This document shows, piece after piece, positions 1 through 13,438 of a DNA stretch of 64,000 nucleotides; the stretch's first letter is position 1, and every line of letters begins with the position of its first letter. Source of the stretch: Saccharolobus solfataricus P2 (GTDB taxonomy: Archaea > Thermoproteota > Thermoprotei_A > Sulfolobales > Sulfolobaceae); NCBI RefSeq assembly GCF_000007005.1, contig NC_002754.1; one strand, written 5' to 3'. Both the position numbers and the translations under genes were made by a program. The notes beneath the pieces are model-generated. The model saw nothing but the letters and a program-made list of their open reading frames with translations. It was not told where the DNA came from and did not search any database.

Positions 1-131
1 TAAGTGCGAAGAGAAATAGCTTTTGTCTATACAAAGAATACCAGTTAAATCCCTTAACCCACTTATTTCCAACATTCCCCATTTAATAGCCCTTTTTATT
101 TCTTTGCAATTATTACGAAAAAGACTATATT
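1..131 (-). mobile_element. Partial copy of a MITE-like element with TATATAGTCTTTTTC termini (runs off the window start)
   Basis: Positions 1-110 are the reverse complement of a sequence similar to ~61954-62052; the terminal motif GAAAAAGACTATAT is at 117-130. Confidence 0.45.
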
Positions 132-457
132 TGCAAGTGCTCAAATGTTTCACGTCAAGAATCCGCAACTAACCCGTTCCCTAAGAACTAAGTATATTTT
201 ACACTTCTTTAAACTAATGGCTTACCATTGTTTGATGATGTGCATATCAAGTTATGATAAATCTTATAATGAGAATTCCAGCAAATTAAAAGAAGGCATT
301 ACATGCCTCGCCTCTAACAGACCTGAGTTCGCAACTGTAGGAAGGAATTTTGAGGGAAGTGAGGATATGGAAACAATATGTTTCCTTTTTGGCTACGTTA
401 CGATGAGAGTTACTTGAGATAAAAGAGTTATTAGTTTGCATTGTCTATCTATATAAT

Positions 458-1333
458 GTGTTCTTTACTCATTCAGATATGCTGTTGCTTTCAAAGAGGA
501 TAAAGAAGTTACCTAAGAACGTGGATGAGGAGCTGAGGGGATGGAATTGGAGCGAACCACCAGTTTACACTAGGTCCCTTTCACAGGTATCAATTTCCGA
601 AATGGTTTACTGTAGTACTCTGAGGAACGTTTACCTTAAGGTAAAGGGCTTTAGGGGAGAAATAGGTAGGCAAATACTTCAAGGTTCACTTATCCACACG
701 ATTTACGCTATTGGCATTGAAGCAATCAAACGTTTTATTTATTCAAGGGAAAGCATTGATGGGAGTACTCTGAGAACGCTAATGGGAGATGAGTTTTACT
801 CCCTACTTAAGGACTTAAGGGAGGAAGAGGGGATTTACGCAAAGGTCTTATGGGATCACATTACGAACATTTATTCAGCTGAACTGGATAGGGTTAGGAG
901 TAAGTTCACTAACTTAACTAGGGATTCCTTGGTCTCCCAAGTTGTGCCGTTTTACGTTGAGTTTCCAGTTGATGGTTCCCTTCTGGGCTTGACCAATTTA
1001 AGGGTCGACGCCTTTATCCCTCACCTTCCCCTAATAGCGGAAATGAAGACTGGGAAATACAGATACACTCACGAGTTGTCCCTTGCAGGATACGCTTTGG
1101 CAATTGAGAGCCAGTACGAGATACCCATTGATTTTGGTTACTTGTGTTATGTTACTGTGACTGAAAAGGAGGTTAAGAATAACTGCAAGCTGATTCCCAT
1201 TTCAGATTCCTTGAGGAGTGAGTTCTTGGACATGAGGGATAAGGCTCAAGACATAATGGATAAGGGTGTGGATCCTGGGATAGCTAAGGATTGTGAGAGT
1301 GATTGCATGTTTTATAAGGTTTGTCACCCTTAA
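458..1333 (+). CDS. csa1: CRISPR-associated Cas4-like protein Csa1
   Basis: LRGWNW N-terminal motif, RecB-type RVDA/EMKTG/LAGYALAIE motifs, C-terminal Cys cluster (C-x3-C-x5-C); GTG start. Confidence 0.9.
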   Translation: MFFTHSDMLLLSKRIKKLPKNVDEELRGWNWSEPPVYTRSLSQVSISEMVYCSTLRNVYLKVKGFRGEIGRQILQGSLIHTIYAIGIEAIKRFIYSRESIDGSTLRTLMGDEFYSLLKDLREEEGIYAKVLWDHITNIYSAELDRVRSKFTNLTRDSLVSQVVPFYVEFPVDGSLLGLTNLRVDAFIPHLPLIAEMKTGKYRYTHELSLAGYALAIESQYEIPIDFGYLCYVTVTEKEVKNNCKLIPISDSLRSEFLDMRDKAQDIMDKGVDPGIAKDCESDCMFYKVCHP

Positions 1334-1340
1334 TGTATTA

Positions 1341-1898
1341 ATGACAATAAGTGGGATTACGATAAAGCACTTCGCCTATTGTCCTCAAATAGTTAGGATA
1401 GAGAGCATGGGGTTCACTGAGAGAGTGAGCGAGGCCATGATTGAGGGGGAACAAGTCGAGAAAGATAAGGTTATGAACTTCCTTTACGCTACGTTAAAAC
1501 CGTTGAATGTTGTGGGAAAACCGATCTTTAGGTATGGGGACTTGATCGGTTCACCGGACTACGTTTTGATTTACCCAAATCACTGGGTTCCACTTGACGT
1601 TAAGAGTGGGAGGAAGAGGTATGATCACAAGTTGCAAATGAAGTATTACCTTTACTTAATGGACATGAATGGGATTAACGTGAAGGAGGGGTTACTGTAT
1701 TACGTTAGCCTTAAGGAAATGGTTAGGTTAGAGTACAATTACGCTGAGAAGAGGTATGTGGAGAAGGTTTTGAGTAAGATAAGGGAAGCCATAAACGGTA
1801 AGGTGAGGGTTGTTCAAGACGCGAGGAAGTGCTATAATTGTGGATTTTTCGTCTATTGTAAACCTAAAATAAAGGGAAATTTAGCTTATGTTGATTGA
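1341..1898 (+). CDS. cas4: CRISPR-associated exonuclease Cas4
   Basis: YCP N-terminal Cys, PDY/DVKSG/QMKYY nuclease motifs, C-x2-C-x5-C tail; in-frame ATG at 1341 chosen as start. Confidence 0.9.
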   Translation: MTISGITIKHFAYCPQIVRIESMGFTERVSEAMIEGEQVEKDKVMNFLYATLKPLNVVGKPIFRYGDLIGSPDYVLIYPNHWVPLDVKSGRKRYDHKLQMKYYLYLMDMNGINVKEGLLYYVSLKEMVRLEYNYAEKRYVEKVLSKIREAINGKVRVVQDARKCYNCGFFVYCKPKIKGNLAYVD

Positions 1899-2389
1899 GA
1901 AAAAGCATACTAAAACGTATTAGCATTTGAAGATATATACATACTAAGCAGATTGTTGATAGGAAAGGAATATTATTGGGTAAAACTGGTTTTTGAATAA
2001 TATGCAAAAGCCTTCTTCTCTTTATTATGCTAACCTTTTCAAGTATTGTGATAAGCATTCAACCACTTAGGTAGCTTATACGAAAAGGGGATGAGCGTTA
2101 ATAGGTATAAGTTAAGATGTAGTGAAACAAGTAGAGGAAGAAACAAGGATCCAAATTTGTAAAATTAATTAAATTTCAGTAATCCCATTTGAGAGTTGAC
2201 AACAACTTTGTTAATTCAGTATAAAAATCATGTAAAGTATAAGTTTAGTTTCAATTCATCATGTAGTTTCTTCATGAATAAGATGTATATATTACAATTT
2301 TAATCTGAATTAAAAATTTTTATTGTATAGTTAAAGTGTCTAAAGGAAGAAGAGTTTAAGATAATTTTAAATGAGTTTCAAATAAATGA

Positions 2390-3728
<1,339 letters not shown>

Positions 3729-3836
3729 CTACAGTATCTTTTTTGAGTATTTCTAGAAAGCTGAGGATTAGAGATGTTTCTTAGTGTTGTCATTGAGCTA
3801 TTCATATTTCTATTTAGAATATAAGGCATACAAAAC

Positions 3837-3915
3837 TAGTGCTTTCAGAAAGTTTATAGCTTTAGGCAAAGGATATACCACCAGATCATAGTCTAAGAAC
3901 TTTTCCAAAATACTA
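3837..3915 (+). mobile_element. 79-bp MITE (SM1-type)
   Basis: Imperfect 23-bp TIRs (TAGTGCTTTCAGAAAGTTTATAG); near-identical copies at 23657, 27840 and 47040; AC on both flanks. Confidence 0.85.
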
Positions 3916-4062
3916 ACGTTATTTTGCAACTACTATTTGTAGAGATTTCCCTTGTTTAATAAGTTTATACCCTAATGACGACACTATCTTCACACTTGCC
4001 CATTTTTAGTAATTTCATTTAAAAAAGATATGTGAAGAAGTTGAATGAACCCCGACGTATCT

Positions 4063-5287
4063 CGGTAGACCCAAAATCATTTTACAAAAAATAATTTTGG
4101 TTGGGTAATATCAGATTCTGAAAAATAATAGAATTTATAGCTTTAACAAGAACGCAACTAATTGAAGAAAGATTTAAGGTGAGGAAGCCGGTATTATCAC
4201 GTGGTGAAGACAAGGTGATAACACCTGGTCTTCCCCACCAAAATAATATACAACAAGTAGGGTATAAATTACTTTCCATGTTGAGCTTCAAGGGAAGAAA
4301 GGCTGAGGAGGTATCGAGAGTTCTGGTCTCCGCGTGCTTGTGGAACGACTCCGTGGAAAGCAAGTCCAAAGGGTATAACGTGTCACCACAGACCGTGAGG
4401 AACTACGTGGAGGAGCAGGGAACTGAGGTGATCGAGAAGCTATTAGAGTCCATGAGGAGGATTTCCATGGAGATACTCAAGGGAGTGAAGGAAGTCGACA
4501 TCTCCATAGACTGGACAACCAAGACGTGGTATGGTAAGCCGGTGGAGGGACTGGGTAGTTCAGCCAAGGGGAACTCGTGGAACTACGCTACCGCGACCAC
4601 GAAGTATCAGAATATGGTGCTCCTCCTAGCTTTCGTTCCCCAAGTTAACGGGATGAGCAAGGATGAGATCGTGAAGCTTCTCATGGAGCAAATTGTGGGA
4701 ATGGGCCTCAAGGTGGGGCTCGTAACCTTGGACGCGGGATTCTACACCGTGGAAGTCCTCAAGTTCATATCGCAGTTCAAGTTCGTGATAGGAGTCCCTG
4801 TGGGGGACGTGAAGATCTACGAGGAGTTCGACGGAGAGTACACGACAAACAGTAAGAGGTATAAGAAGGAAGAGCAGGTCAAGTTCAGACTCCTGGTGTA
4901 TGGTAAGGAAATCGTTAAGAAGAGGAAGAAGACCGTGGTGTACTTCGCGAGGGCGACCAACCTCGACCTACCCAAGAGGGAAGTGCTGAAGTTGTACAAC
5001 AAGGTTAGGAGTCCCATTGAGACGTCTTACAGGAACATCAAGGCCTTCCTTCCCTTCACGAGCTCCACCAAGTTCATCTTCCGCGAGTTGATCTTCGTGC
5101 TGGCCATGATCTTCTACTCGCTTTACACCGTGTTTAAGAACGTCATGACAAGAGAGGAGTTTAGATTGCTGCTCATCCTCTGCTTTCTAGACGATTTATC
5201 TGATCTAAAGGATTTTATATTTAATCTTGAGGAAACACTTATTAATACTATAGATTTATTTTTATGGAGGTGATTTTGGGTCTACCG
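4063..5287 (+). mobile_element. ISC1225-type insertion sequence (ISH3/IS4-like DDE)
   Basis: Exactly 1225 bp, 17-bp TIR CGGTAGACCCAAAATCA, 5-bp TSD TATCT. Confidence 0.9.
4179..5273 (+). CDS. DDE transposase of ISC1225
   Basis: Intact 364-aa ORF with SIDWT, TLDAGF and IETSYR DDE motifs. Confidence 0.9.
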   Translation: MRKPVLSRGEDKVITPGLPHQNNIQQVGYKLLSMLSFKGRKAEEVSRVLVSACLWNDSVESKSKGYNVSPQTVRNYVEEQGTEVIEKLLESMRRISMEILKGVKEVDISIDWTTKTWYGKPVEGLGSSAKGNSWNYATATTKYQNMVLLLAFVPQVNGMSKDEIVKLLMEQIVGMGLKVGLVTLDAGFYTVEVLKFISQFKFVIGVPVGDVKIYEEFDGEYTTNSKRYKKEEQVKFRLLVYGKEIVKKRKKTVVYFARATNLDLPKREVLKLYNKVRSPIETSYRNIKAFLPFTSSTKFIFRELIFVLAMIFYSLYTVFKNVMTREEFRLLLILCFLDDLSDLKDFIFNLEETLINTIDLFLWR

Positions 5288-5342
5288 TATCTAGGCGAGG
5301 AAGTGTATTAGTTTATAAGTCACTTTCTTATTCATTTCAACT

Positions 5343-5876
5343 ATGGTAAAGCTAGTCGCAACTTTGGGTAAGTCTCCGGGAGGGATAGCTGAGACTTTGG
5401 ATAATTTGATCTCTGGAAATTACGTAGCTCCTTTTGAGGCTAAGCAAATCAAGGTTAATGAGCTTGTCGTAATAAGGACTGAAGAGGTGACTGAGAGCTA
5501 TTATTTCCTGAAAACTATTCTTCTATGTTGTTTGGATTTCACTAACGTTAAGGAAGTGTCGTTACCGTTTGACGATATTTCCTTTCCCCAAGATTTCATA
5601 ACTGTTAGGGAAACTGTTAGGAAGGTTTTGAGTACTGGAGATTATTTGGACTTCTCTGGAGGAAGAAAGGCAATTACGGCAGCTGCAGTATTGACAGCAA
5701 GGGATGTTGGGGCTCACTTGGTTACAACTATTATTGATCAAGACGATTACATTAGAATGAATAAGAGGTATGAGGAACTGAAGGGTAAGGCATTGTCAGT
5801 TTATAACAAGGGGCAGTGTCTAAGTTACTTCTGCGATTTGATGTCGTCTAAGGCTAAGACTATAATATTTTTCTAA
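5343..5876 (+). CDS. crn1: Stand-alone CARF protein, Sso2081-like ring nuclease paralogue
   Basis: MVKLVATLGKSPGG and YLDFSGGRKA motifs closely parallel Crn1 Sso2081 (LGTSPGG, DITGGRK). Confidence 0.7.
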   Translation: MVKLVATLGKSPGGIAETLDNLISGNYVAPFEAKQIKVNELVVIRTEEVTESYYFLKTILLCCLDFTNVKEVSLPFDDISFPQDFITVRETVRKVLSTGDYLDFSGGRKAITAAAVLTARDVGAHLVTTIIDQDDYIRMNKRYEELKGKALSVYNKGQCLSYFCDLMSSKAKTIIFF

Positions 5877-6217
5877 AAATAGAAATATTAGATATAATGG
5901 CAGCAAGAAAGGATGGTCTATCGCTAGATTTTAGTACGTTCTTGGATCCATATAGGGAGAAATACAGCGTATATTCATAAGCGTTAATTCCTTGAAAGCT
6001 CTGTTTGAGGTTTCACGTAATATTTGAAAAGGGCTACTATTATAGCTGATAGTCGTATTGTTAGATATGCAAAGGAAAAAATTGGCGTAATACAATTTGA
6101 AAAGAATTTGGTAAAGAGGTAAGTGGTTTTCAAAGTGTTGGAAAAATAGCGCTAAGACAGAGTGTAATACGGTGTACTTTTTTAGCGTACCAGGATTTTT
6201 TGAGTTGATCTGTTGAC

Positions 6218-6335
6218 TTATACTTCCTTAGACTTTAAAGGTCAAGGTCAGCATAAGTCAAATAATAAGTTATGAGTTCAAACGTGATGATTATCCAAAT
6301 TTTACCTTACCCTTTTATAACTTAATCAAGTATAA
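6218..6335 (-). mobile_element. 118-bp MITE-like element with TTATACTT termini
   Basis: Imperfect ~26-bp TIRs; inverted near-copy at 12085-12200. Confidence 0.7.
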
Positions 6336-6547
6336 ATTGTTACAATGTTTTAACTTTTCTCATAATATTATTACGAAAAGTCCTTTTTACTTCAATTCCT
6401 TTTATCCTTTAATCAAGGTTTGTTTTACTACTTGATGTTGTATATGTTATTTAATGAACTTATGAGGCTTATGTAAATATTTTATCTGTACTTTTTCGCA
6501 TATTAGGAAAAATAACGTAACGTAATTATCGCAACATGTGAAGTTTC

Positions 6548-6594
6548 TTTTCGTAATACAAAACGTTTAAATAATAGGCAATATTTAAATATTG
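6548..6594 (+). promoter_or_regulatory. Promoter region of the first type I-A operon, with palindromes
   Basis: Imperfect palindrome TTTTCGTAATACAAAA (6548-6563); perfect palindrome CAATATTTAAATATTG (6579-6594) containing a TTTAAATA box about 25 nt before the csa5 ATG. Confidence 0.45.
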
Positions 6595-6608
6595 GAAAAT
6601 ACAAATGA

Positions 6609-7103
<495 letters not shown>

Positions 7104-7104
7104 T

Positions 7105-8040
7105 ATGTGGATATCCTTCTCCGTTAGGTATTTGGTAAACGTAGAAGATCTAAATAACGTAGAGTCTGCAGGGAACTACGTAAGGCATAGGAGAGCTCCA
7201 TTAGTTTTTAAGGATAAAGACTCCTACACGGTAACATATGTGCCAGCAGTTAGTGGAGAAATGATAGCACATGGGTATCAAATGAATCTAGTCGAACTAG
7301 CGCTTCAAAGAAATCTACCAGTAGATAGTTTAGCTAAGCAGGGAATATTGATAAAGAGGGGTTCTGATGATAAGGTTCATGAAGGCACTAAATGCACTGA
7401 TGAAAAAGGGTCGGATTACGAACTCTGCGTCATTAATGAGGATATAGTCGAGGATGTTGCTGGATTCATGAATCCAAACAAGCTAGTTAAGAGAACTTCA
7501 AATGTAGCCTTTAGTTACATGGTTCCTGCAATAGATGCAGTTAAAGCTTCAACAATATCTTCCCAATTTCACGTTAGGTATGCTAATAAAGAACTAATGG
7601 ACAAATACAAGAACGAGAACATTCAATCCCTATATAATATCGAAACAGCGAGCGCATCGTATGTACTTACGGGTTACTTGAACGTTAACAGTGTAGGAAA
7701 GACACAAAACTATCCGGTAAAAGAAGTTGATAAGAAAAAGGATAGGGAAAAGGCTGCATTAGATGCCTTAATGTTAACTTTAACGCAATTCCTATTTGGC
7801 GCAAAGTTGACTAGATTTAAGCCCATAGTGGAGATAGAGGCCTTATTTGTTAGCGCTTCAGAGAAGCCTTTCAATCTACCACCCGTAACTGGAGACATTA
7901 AGAAATACATAGACCTTGTTAACTCTACAACGGATTCCTTCGCTAAAATTTTGAATATTAAACGGCCCGTAGTAAAGTACTATCTAAAGGAGGAGAAAGG
8001 TAACGTCAATACGCCAATAGATGCGTTTACGGTAATGTAA
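7105..8040 (+). CDS. cas7: Type I-A backbone Cas7 (Csa2)
   Basis: LNNVESAGN, VPAVSGE, EDVAGFM and QFHVRY motifs shared with the Cas7 at 54537-55502; ATG at 7105. Confidence 0.92.
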   Translation: MWISFSVRYLVNVEDLNNVESAGNYVRHRRAPLVFKDKDSYTVTYVPAVSGEMIAHGYQMNLVELALQRNLPVDSLAKQGILIKRGSDDKVHEGTKCTDEKGSDYELCVINEDIVEDVAGFMNPNKLVKRTSNVAFSYMVPAIDAVKASTISSQFHVRYANKELMDKYKNENIQSLYNIETASASYVLTGYLNVNSVGKTQNYPVKEVDKKKDREKAALDALMLTLTQFLFGAKLTRFKPIVEIEALFVSASEKPFNLPPVTGDIKKYIDLVNSTTDSFAKILNIKRPVVKYYLKEEKGNVNTPIDAFTVM

Positions 8041-8832
8041 ATGAAAGGTGTTGTTATTTTCGGTATTCACCATTGGGGTTTTTCAGTTAGAGTTCCCAGA
8101 ACTTCCGCAGGTGGAAGTTCTTATATTGTTCCTCCCATAACGACTATTTTGGGTGCGTTAAGTAGAGGTTACTGTAGTGATTACGCTGTTAAGAACAACG
8201 TTTCTTGTACTAAGGAGTTCATAGATAAATTCTCATCTGATCTCTTCTGGGTTACTTACGGTACTGAGGAACATATGCTAATGCCCTATTCAGATCTCTT
8301 GAGGGAGGAGAGAGTACCATATAGACAGTCAAAGAATAGAAGTTTGGATCACGTAAGTGATTGGTTTGGAGTTTCAGCATTTGGAAAAGTTTACTGTGAA
8401 AACGTAAATTTTAGTATATTATTGCTACTGAACAAGGAAAATTCCGAATTCTGGAGTAAATTGGGTTGGCAAATAATATCATTAGGCACAAAGGAGTCGT
8501 TAGTTACAATAACTGATGTAAAGGTAGTTGACGTAGAGGAAAGTAGTGATGAGGATATTTATACGATATACTATATACCGGCAGAATGTTTAACAAATAC
8601 AGAAGAGTTTGAAGTAGTGAACATGCCCGTAAAGAGCGTGTATGAGCTTTCCAGTAAGCCGAGTATTGGAGTTTTCTCAAATTTCTTAGTCCCAAGGAAG
8701 ACTCCATTTATAGGAGGAAAGGTAAAGGTTAAGAAGAGTAACGTGAGAGGAGACATATGCAAGGTTTATAAAATGGCTGATAAATACGTGATAACCTTTA
8801 AGGAGGGATTAGAGAAATGGTATTCAAAATAA
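8041..8832 (+). CDS. cas5: Type I-A Cas5
   Basis: HWGFSV and PPITTILGAL N-terminal Cas5 motif; LGTKES glycine loop. Confidence 0.9.
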   Translation: MKGVVIFGIHHWGFSVRVPRTSAGGSSYIVPPITTILGALSRGYCSDYAVKNNVSCTKEFIDKFSSDLFWVTYGTEEHMLMPYSDLLREERVPYRQSKNRSLDHVSDWFGVSAFGKVYCENVNFSILLLLNKENSEFWSKLGWQIISLGTKESLVTITDVKVVDVEESSDEDIYTIYYIPAECLTNTEEFEVVNMPVKSVYELSSKPSIGVFSNFLVPRKTPFIGGKVKVKKSNVRGDICKVYKMADKYVITFKEGLEKWYSK

Positions 8833-9788
8833 ATCTTCCACCTGAGGGATTATTTGCTAGAAGTCTAGTAATAAGTGAACTATTAGGTTTAAATAACGTT
8901 GGGATTAGCATAGATAATGATGTAGTAAACATAGAAAGGAAAGAAGAGTTTAAGGACAATTTGAAGAATGAATTGAGCCAATTTAAACTCGTATTCAATA
9001 AGCTAAAGACGTATAAAAAGAACTACGCAAACGAAGTAAACCTTGCAGAGAAGGTCTTCAACGGTGATGTTGAGGAGTTCTTTAAAGAGGATAAAGAAGA
9101 ATACTTTTTACCTTTAATTTTCCCAGAAATCATGGAGGCTGAAAAGTGGTTCGGAGGCTGGAGTGGGAGTGGAAAAGGATCTAAAAGAACTATTGGAGTT
9201 AACAGACAGTCCTTTATTCTGTCACTATTGAGTTTAGGAAAATATCAACTAGTTAGCTATAGGGCAGCTAAAGAACAAGTCACGGTTTTAGCTTTAGTAG
9301 ATACCACTGTGATGTCGGATATGTGTAAACCCTCTAAGAAAAAAGAGCTCAGAGTCCAATCAAATTTAATAGCTCAACTATCTCACATTAGTAGATTGCT
9401 TATATTCTCAACTATATTGGATGAGCAAGGTTGTCAAGAAGTCCTCTTATTAAAAGAGGGAACACATAGAGCGGAAATATACGAGAGAAATTCGCACACC
9501 TCTTTAAGGCCATTAATTCGCTTCTGGACTTTAGTGGATGATGATAGTGTGGAGAGGAGGATCACTAGTCTAGCTAACCAATCTCCGGACTCACTTAACA
9601 AGGTATCAAATTACATCTTTGAGGGAATTAGGGGTACGTTATCACCGGTAGAAGTAGCATACATGATTGCTAGGGAGACGTATTTGAAGGAAGAGCAATC
9701 ACCTCTAACTTCATGGGATGTGAAGAAAATAAGAGAGGCATTAGAAAGGATGAGAGTCGAGATGGAGGAGGTATACTCATCCACATGA
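8817..9788 (+). CDS. cas8a: Type I-A large subunit (Cas8a/CsaX-like)
   Basis: Position between cas5 and cas3'; FPE-x-x-E motif analogous to the KPEFYE motif of the second Cas8a. Confidence 0.7.
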   Translation: MVFKINLPPEGLFARSLVISELLGLNNVGISIDNDVVNIERKEEFKDNLKNELSQFKLVFNKLKTYKKNYANEVNLAEKVFNGDVEEFFKEDKEEYFLPLIFPEIMEAEKWFGGWSGSGKGSKRTIGVNRQSFILSLLSLGKYQLVSYRAAKEQVTVLALVDTTVMSDMCKPSKKKELRVQSNLIAQLSHISRLLIFSTILDEQGCQEVLLLKEGTHRAEIYERNSHTSLRPLIRFWTLVDDDSVERRITSLANQSPDSLNKVSNYIFEGIRGTLSPVEVAYMIARETYLKEEQSPLTSWDVKKIREALERMRVEMEEVYSST

Positions 9789-11431
9789 GGAAAGGGATAC
9801 AGAAAGTCTTGGACATTCTCAACTGTCGTGATAATTCAATTTATTATGAATGTGAAGACGTGAACTTCATTCTAACGTTCCCAACTGGTTACGGAAAAAC
9901 CACGCTTTCTTTGGAAATCGTCCGAATGATTGACCTAAAGCCCACCCAAAACTTCAGTAGGTTAATTCACGTTGTTCCTACTAGGTCGTTGGCAAAGGAT
10001 ATTCAGAATTCAGCTTGTGAAAGAGGATTAGGATTTGCAGTTCAATACTCCTTCACTCCCTCTCACATAAAATCCCCACTTTTCTTAGCAAAGTTCATCA
10101 TAACGACTTACGATTCGTTCTTACTAAACTTGTATAAGGCGTCAATAGGAGAGCCTTTCTCATATCACGGTCATTACGATTTGCCCAGATTTGGAATATA
10201 CACTTCTCTAGTACACTTCGATGAATTCCACTTAATGAATGAGGGAAATTCATGGACCTCTCTGTTAGGGGCAGTTAGGCACTTATCTAAAGTGGGAGTG
10301 AATATGATACTCTCATCAGCTACGCCCAGTAAGAGCGTGGAGGAGGAATTAATCAGAATGATGGAGAACCGGAAAGTAGTTAGATTGGCAGTTGTAAACG
10401 AGTACGGCGAATCTGTGAAAAATAGGAATTGTGTGAAAGTGAGTGAAGGTTACTATGAGTGTGAAGTGGGAAGCGTGAAGTATACTAGCGTAGAGGTAGA
10501 GGATAAGATAAATGCCCCTGATATAAACATCAATTTTCTTGATAAAGAGGATGATGTATTAGGAGTAGTTAGGAGAAACAAGGATAAGAAAATTATGGTC
10601 ATAGTGAACACTGTTGATAAGGCAATTACGCTCTACGAAAAGTTAAGGGATTTGTCTCCTTGCTTAATACACTCGAGGTTTAAGATAGGTGATAGGGATG
10701 AGAAGTTGAGAAAGGAGTGTAATATTATAATTGCAACTCAAGTCATTGAGGTTGGCGTTAACATTTCCTCTGAGGTGATGATAACTGAACAAGCTCCAAT
10801 AACCTCTATTGTACAGAGAGTTGGTAGGCTATTAAGAGATAACAAAAAGGATAAGGGGGAACTTTACATATGGAAGAGCGGGAATTATTATCCCTACGAC
10901 AAAGATGAAGTTGAAAACACTATTAAGGAGTTGGAAAGTAAGAAAAACGACATATCCTTAAAGGTACCTTCAAGTTACGGAGAAATTGTAGATAGAGTTA
11001 TAAAGCCTCCAAGAGGAGACCCTGATTTATTAAGAGAGTTAGATAATATAGCGGAGAACTTATTCGCAACTAGAGAGGACTTAGAAAAATTACTTGATAA
11101 GTACTGTACTTTAACTAACTCATATGTTATAAACGTAGCGTATGATACGCCAGCTTCAGAGAGGGATCTGATTCCACTTGACGGAGATTTGGCACTTAAA
11201 ATAGCTATTAAGGGTAACGATTGTGTCTACGCTTACGTAGAGGAATACAAGCCGGAGAGAAAGGTAGCGGTTGATAAGGTAAATGTAAGGGAAACTTGTG
11301 TTGAAATAGCAAAACCTTGTAGAGATTATAGGAAAGTCTTTTATGATGGAGATAAACGCTATATAATATACGCACTGAAGATAGATAAAGAACTTTACGA
11401 TGAGGAAACTGGGTTGAGGTTGAGGAAATGA
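9785..11431 (+). CDS. cas3: Cas3' SF2 helicase
   Basis: PTGYGKT Walker A, DEFH, SAT and QRVGR motifs; ATG overlaps the cas8a stop (ATGA). Confidence 0.95.
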   Translation: MRKGIQKVLDILNCRDNSIYYECEDVNFILTFPTGYGKTTLSLEIVRMIDLKPTQNFSRLIHVVPTRSLAKDIQNSACERGLGFAVQYSFTPSHIKSPLFLAKFIITTYDSFLLNLYKASIGEPFSYHGHYDLPRFGIYTSLVHFDEFHLMNEGNSWTSLLGAVRHLSKVGVNMILSSATPSKSVEEELIRMMENRKVVRLAVVNEYGESVKNRNCVKVSEGYYECEVGSVKYTSVEVEDKINAPDININFLDKEDDVLGVVRRNKDKKIMVIVNTVDKAITLYEKLRDLSPCLIHSRFKIGDRDEKLRKECNIIIATQVIEVGVNISSEVMITEQAPITSIVQRVGRLLRDNKKDKGELYIWKSGNYYPYDKDEVENTIKELESKKNDISLKVPSSYGEIVDRVIKPPRGDPDLLRELDNIAENLFATREDLEKLLDKYCTLTNSYVINVAYDTPASERDLIPLDGDLALKIAIKGNDCVYAYVEEYKPERKVAVDKVNVRETCVEIAKPCRDYRKVFYDGDKRYIIYALKIDKELYDEETGLRLRK

Positions 11432-12072
11432 CTTGTTGGGCATTTTACGGAATGGAAACTTTCAAACAACACAGTTTAGGTATACTCAATTTCTTTAGGG
11501 ATAACTTCTCCTATATCATTCCAATTATATCATACAGGACTGGGATCGATAAGGAAACGGTGAGGAAGAGCGTGGAGATAGGCGTTTCCCTTCACGACAT
11601 AGGTAAAACGTCTAAATACTATGATATGAGCTATTTCGGCCACGAATTTTACAGTGGGTATCTCGTTTACAAGATCCTACGAGAGTGTTGTGATTCAGAA
11701 CTAAAACCGTTAATTGCACTGGCTGCAATGAGCCATCACCAAGGGATGGAGGGTAGAACGTTAAACGAGATGATCTTGAAGGGGAATTACACGAGGATTC
11801 CTTCATTTTACGAGTTGAGGGAAGAATGTAGAAATGATATCGTGGAAATACTAGGAGAAATTGGTGTGAAAGTAAAGGATTTCCCTCAAAAGGTTACTAG
11901 AAGTGACGTCAAGAGTTGGTTTCAAAAGTTGAACATTAAGTGGAAAAACTTATACGTTATAATCCTTGGACCGTTAATGATATCTGACACAGTTGTAGCT
12001 AACAAGAATAGGGGAGGGGATCAGTACAACAAAATAATAGAGGAATATGAGAAGTGGATAAACGTTAAATAA
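11428..12072 (+). CDS. cas3'': Cas3'' HD nuclease
   Basis: H...LHDIGK...HE...SHH...D HD-domain motifs. Confidence 0.92.
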   Translation: MTCWAFYGMETFKQHSLGILNFFRDNFSYIIPIISYRTGIDKETVRKSVEIGVSLHDIGKTSKYYDMSYFGHEFYSGYLVYKILRECCDSELKPLIALAAMSHHQGMEGRTLNEMILKGNYTRIPSFYELREECRNDIVEILGEIGVKVKDFPQKVTRSDVKSWFQKLNIKWKNLYVIILGPLMISDTVVANKNRGGDQYNKIIEEYEKWINVK

Positions 12073-12084
12073 TCGATTAGTTTT

Positions 12085-12200
12085 TTATACTTGCTTAAGT
12101 TATAAAGGGCAAGGTAAAATTGGATAATGATCATATTTGAACTCATAACTTATGACTTGATTTATGCTGACCTTAACCTTTAAAGTCTAAGGAAGTATAA
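12085..12200 (+). mobile_element. 116-bp MITE-like element with TTATACTT termini
   Basis: Inverted copy of 6218-6335, lying between the convergent cas3'' and cas2 stops. Confidence 0.7.
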
Positions 12201-12228
12201 AATCTACTAACCATGAAACTGAATCCCA

Positions 12229-13438
<1,210 letters not shown>

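Noticed and set aside
145-417. 90-aa ORF upstream of csa1
   Set aside because: No recognisable motifs or ribosome-binding site; it abuts a MITE-like end and is probably spurious
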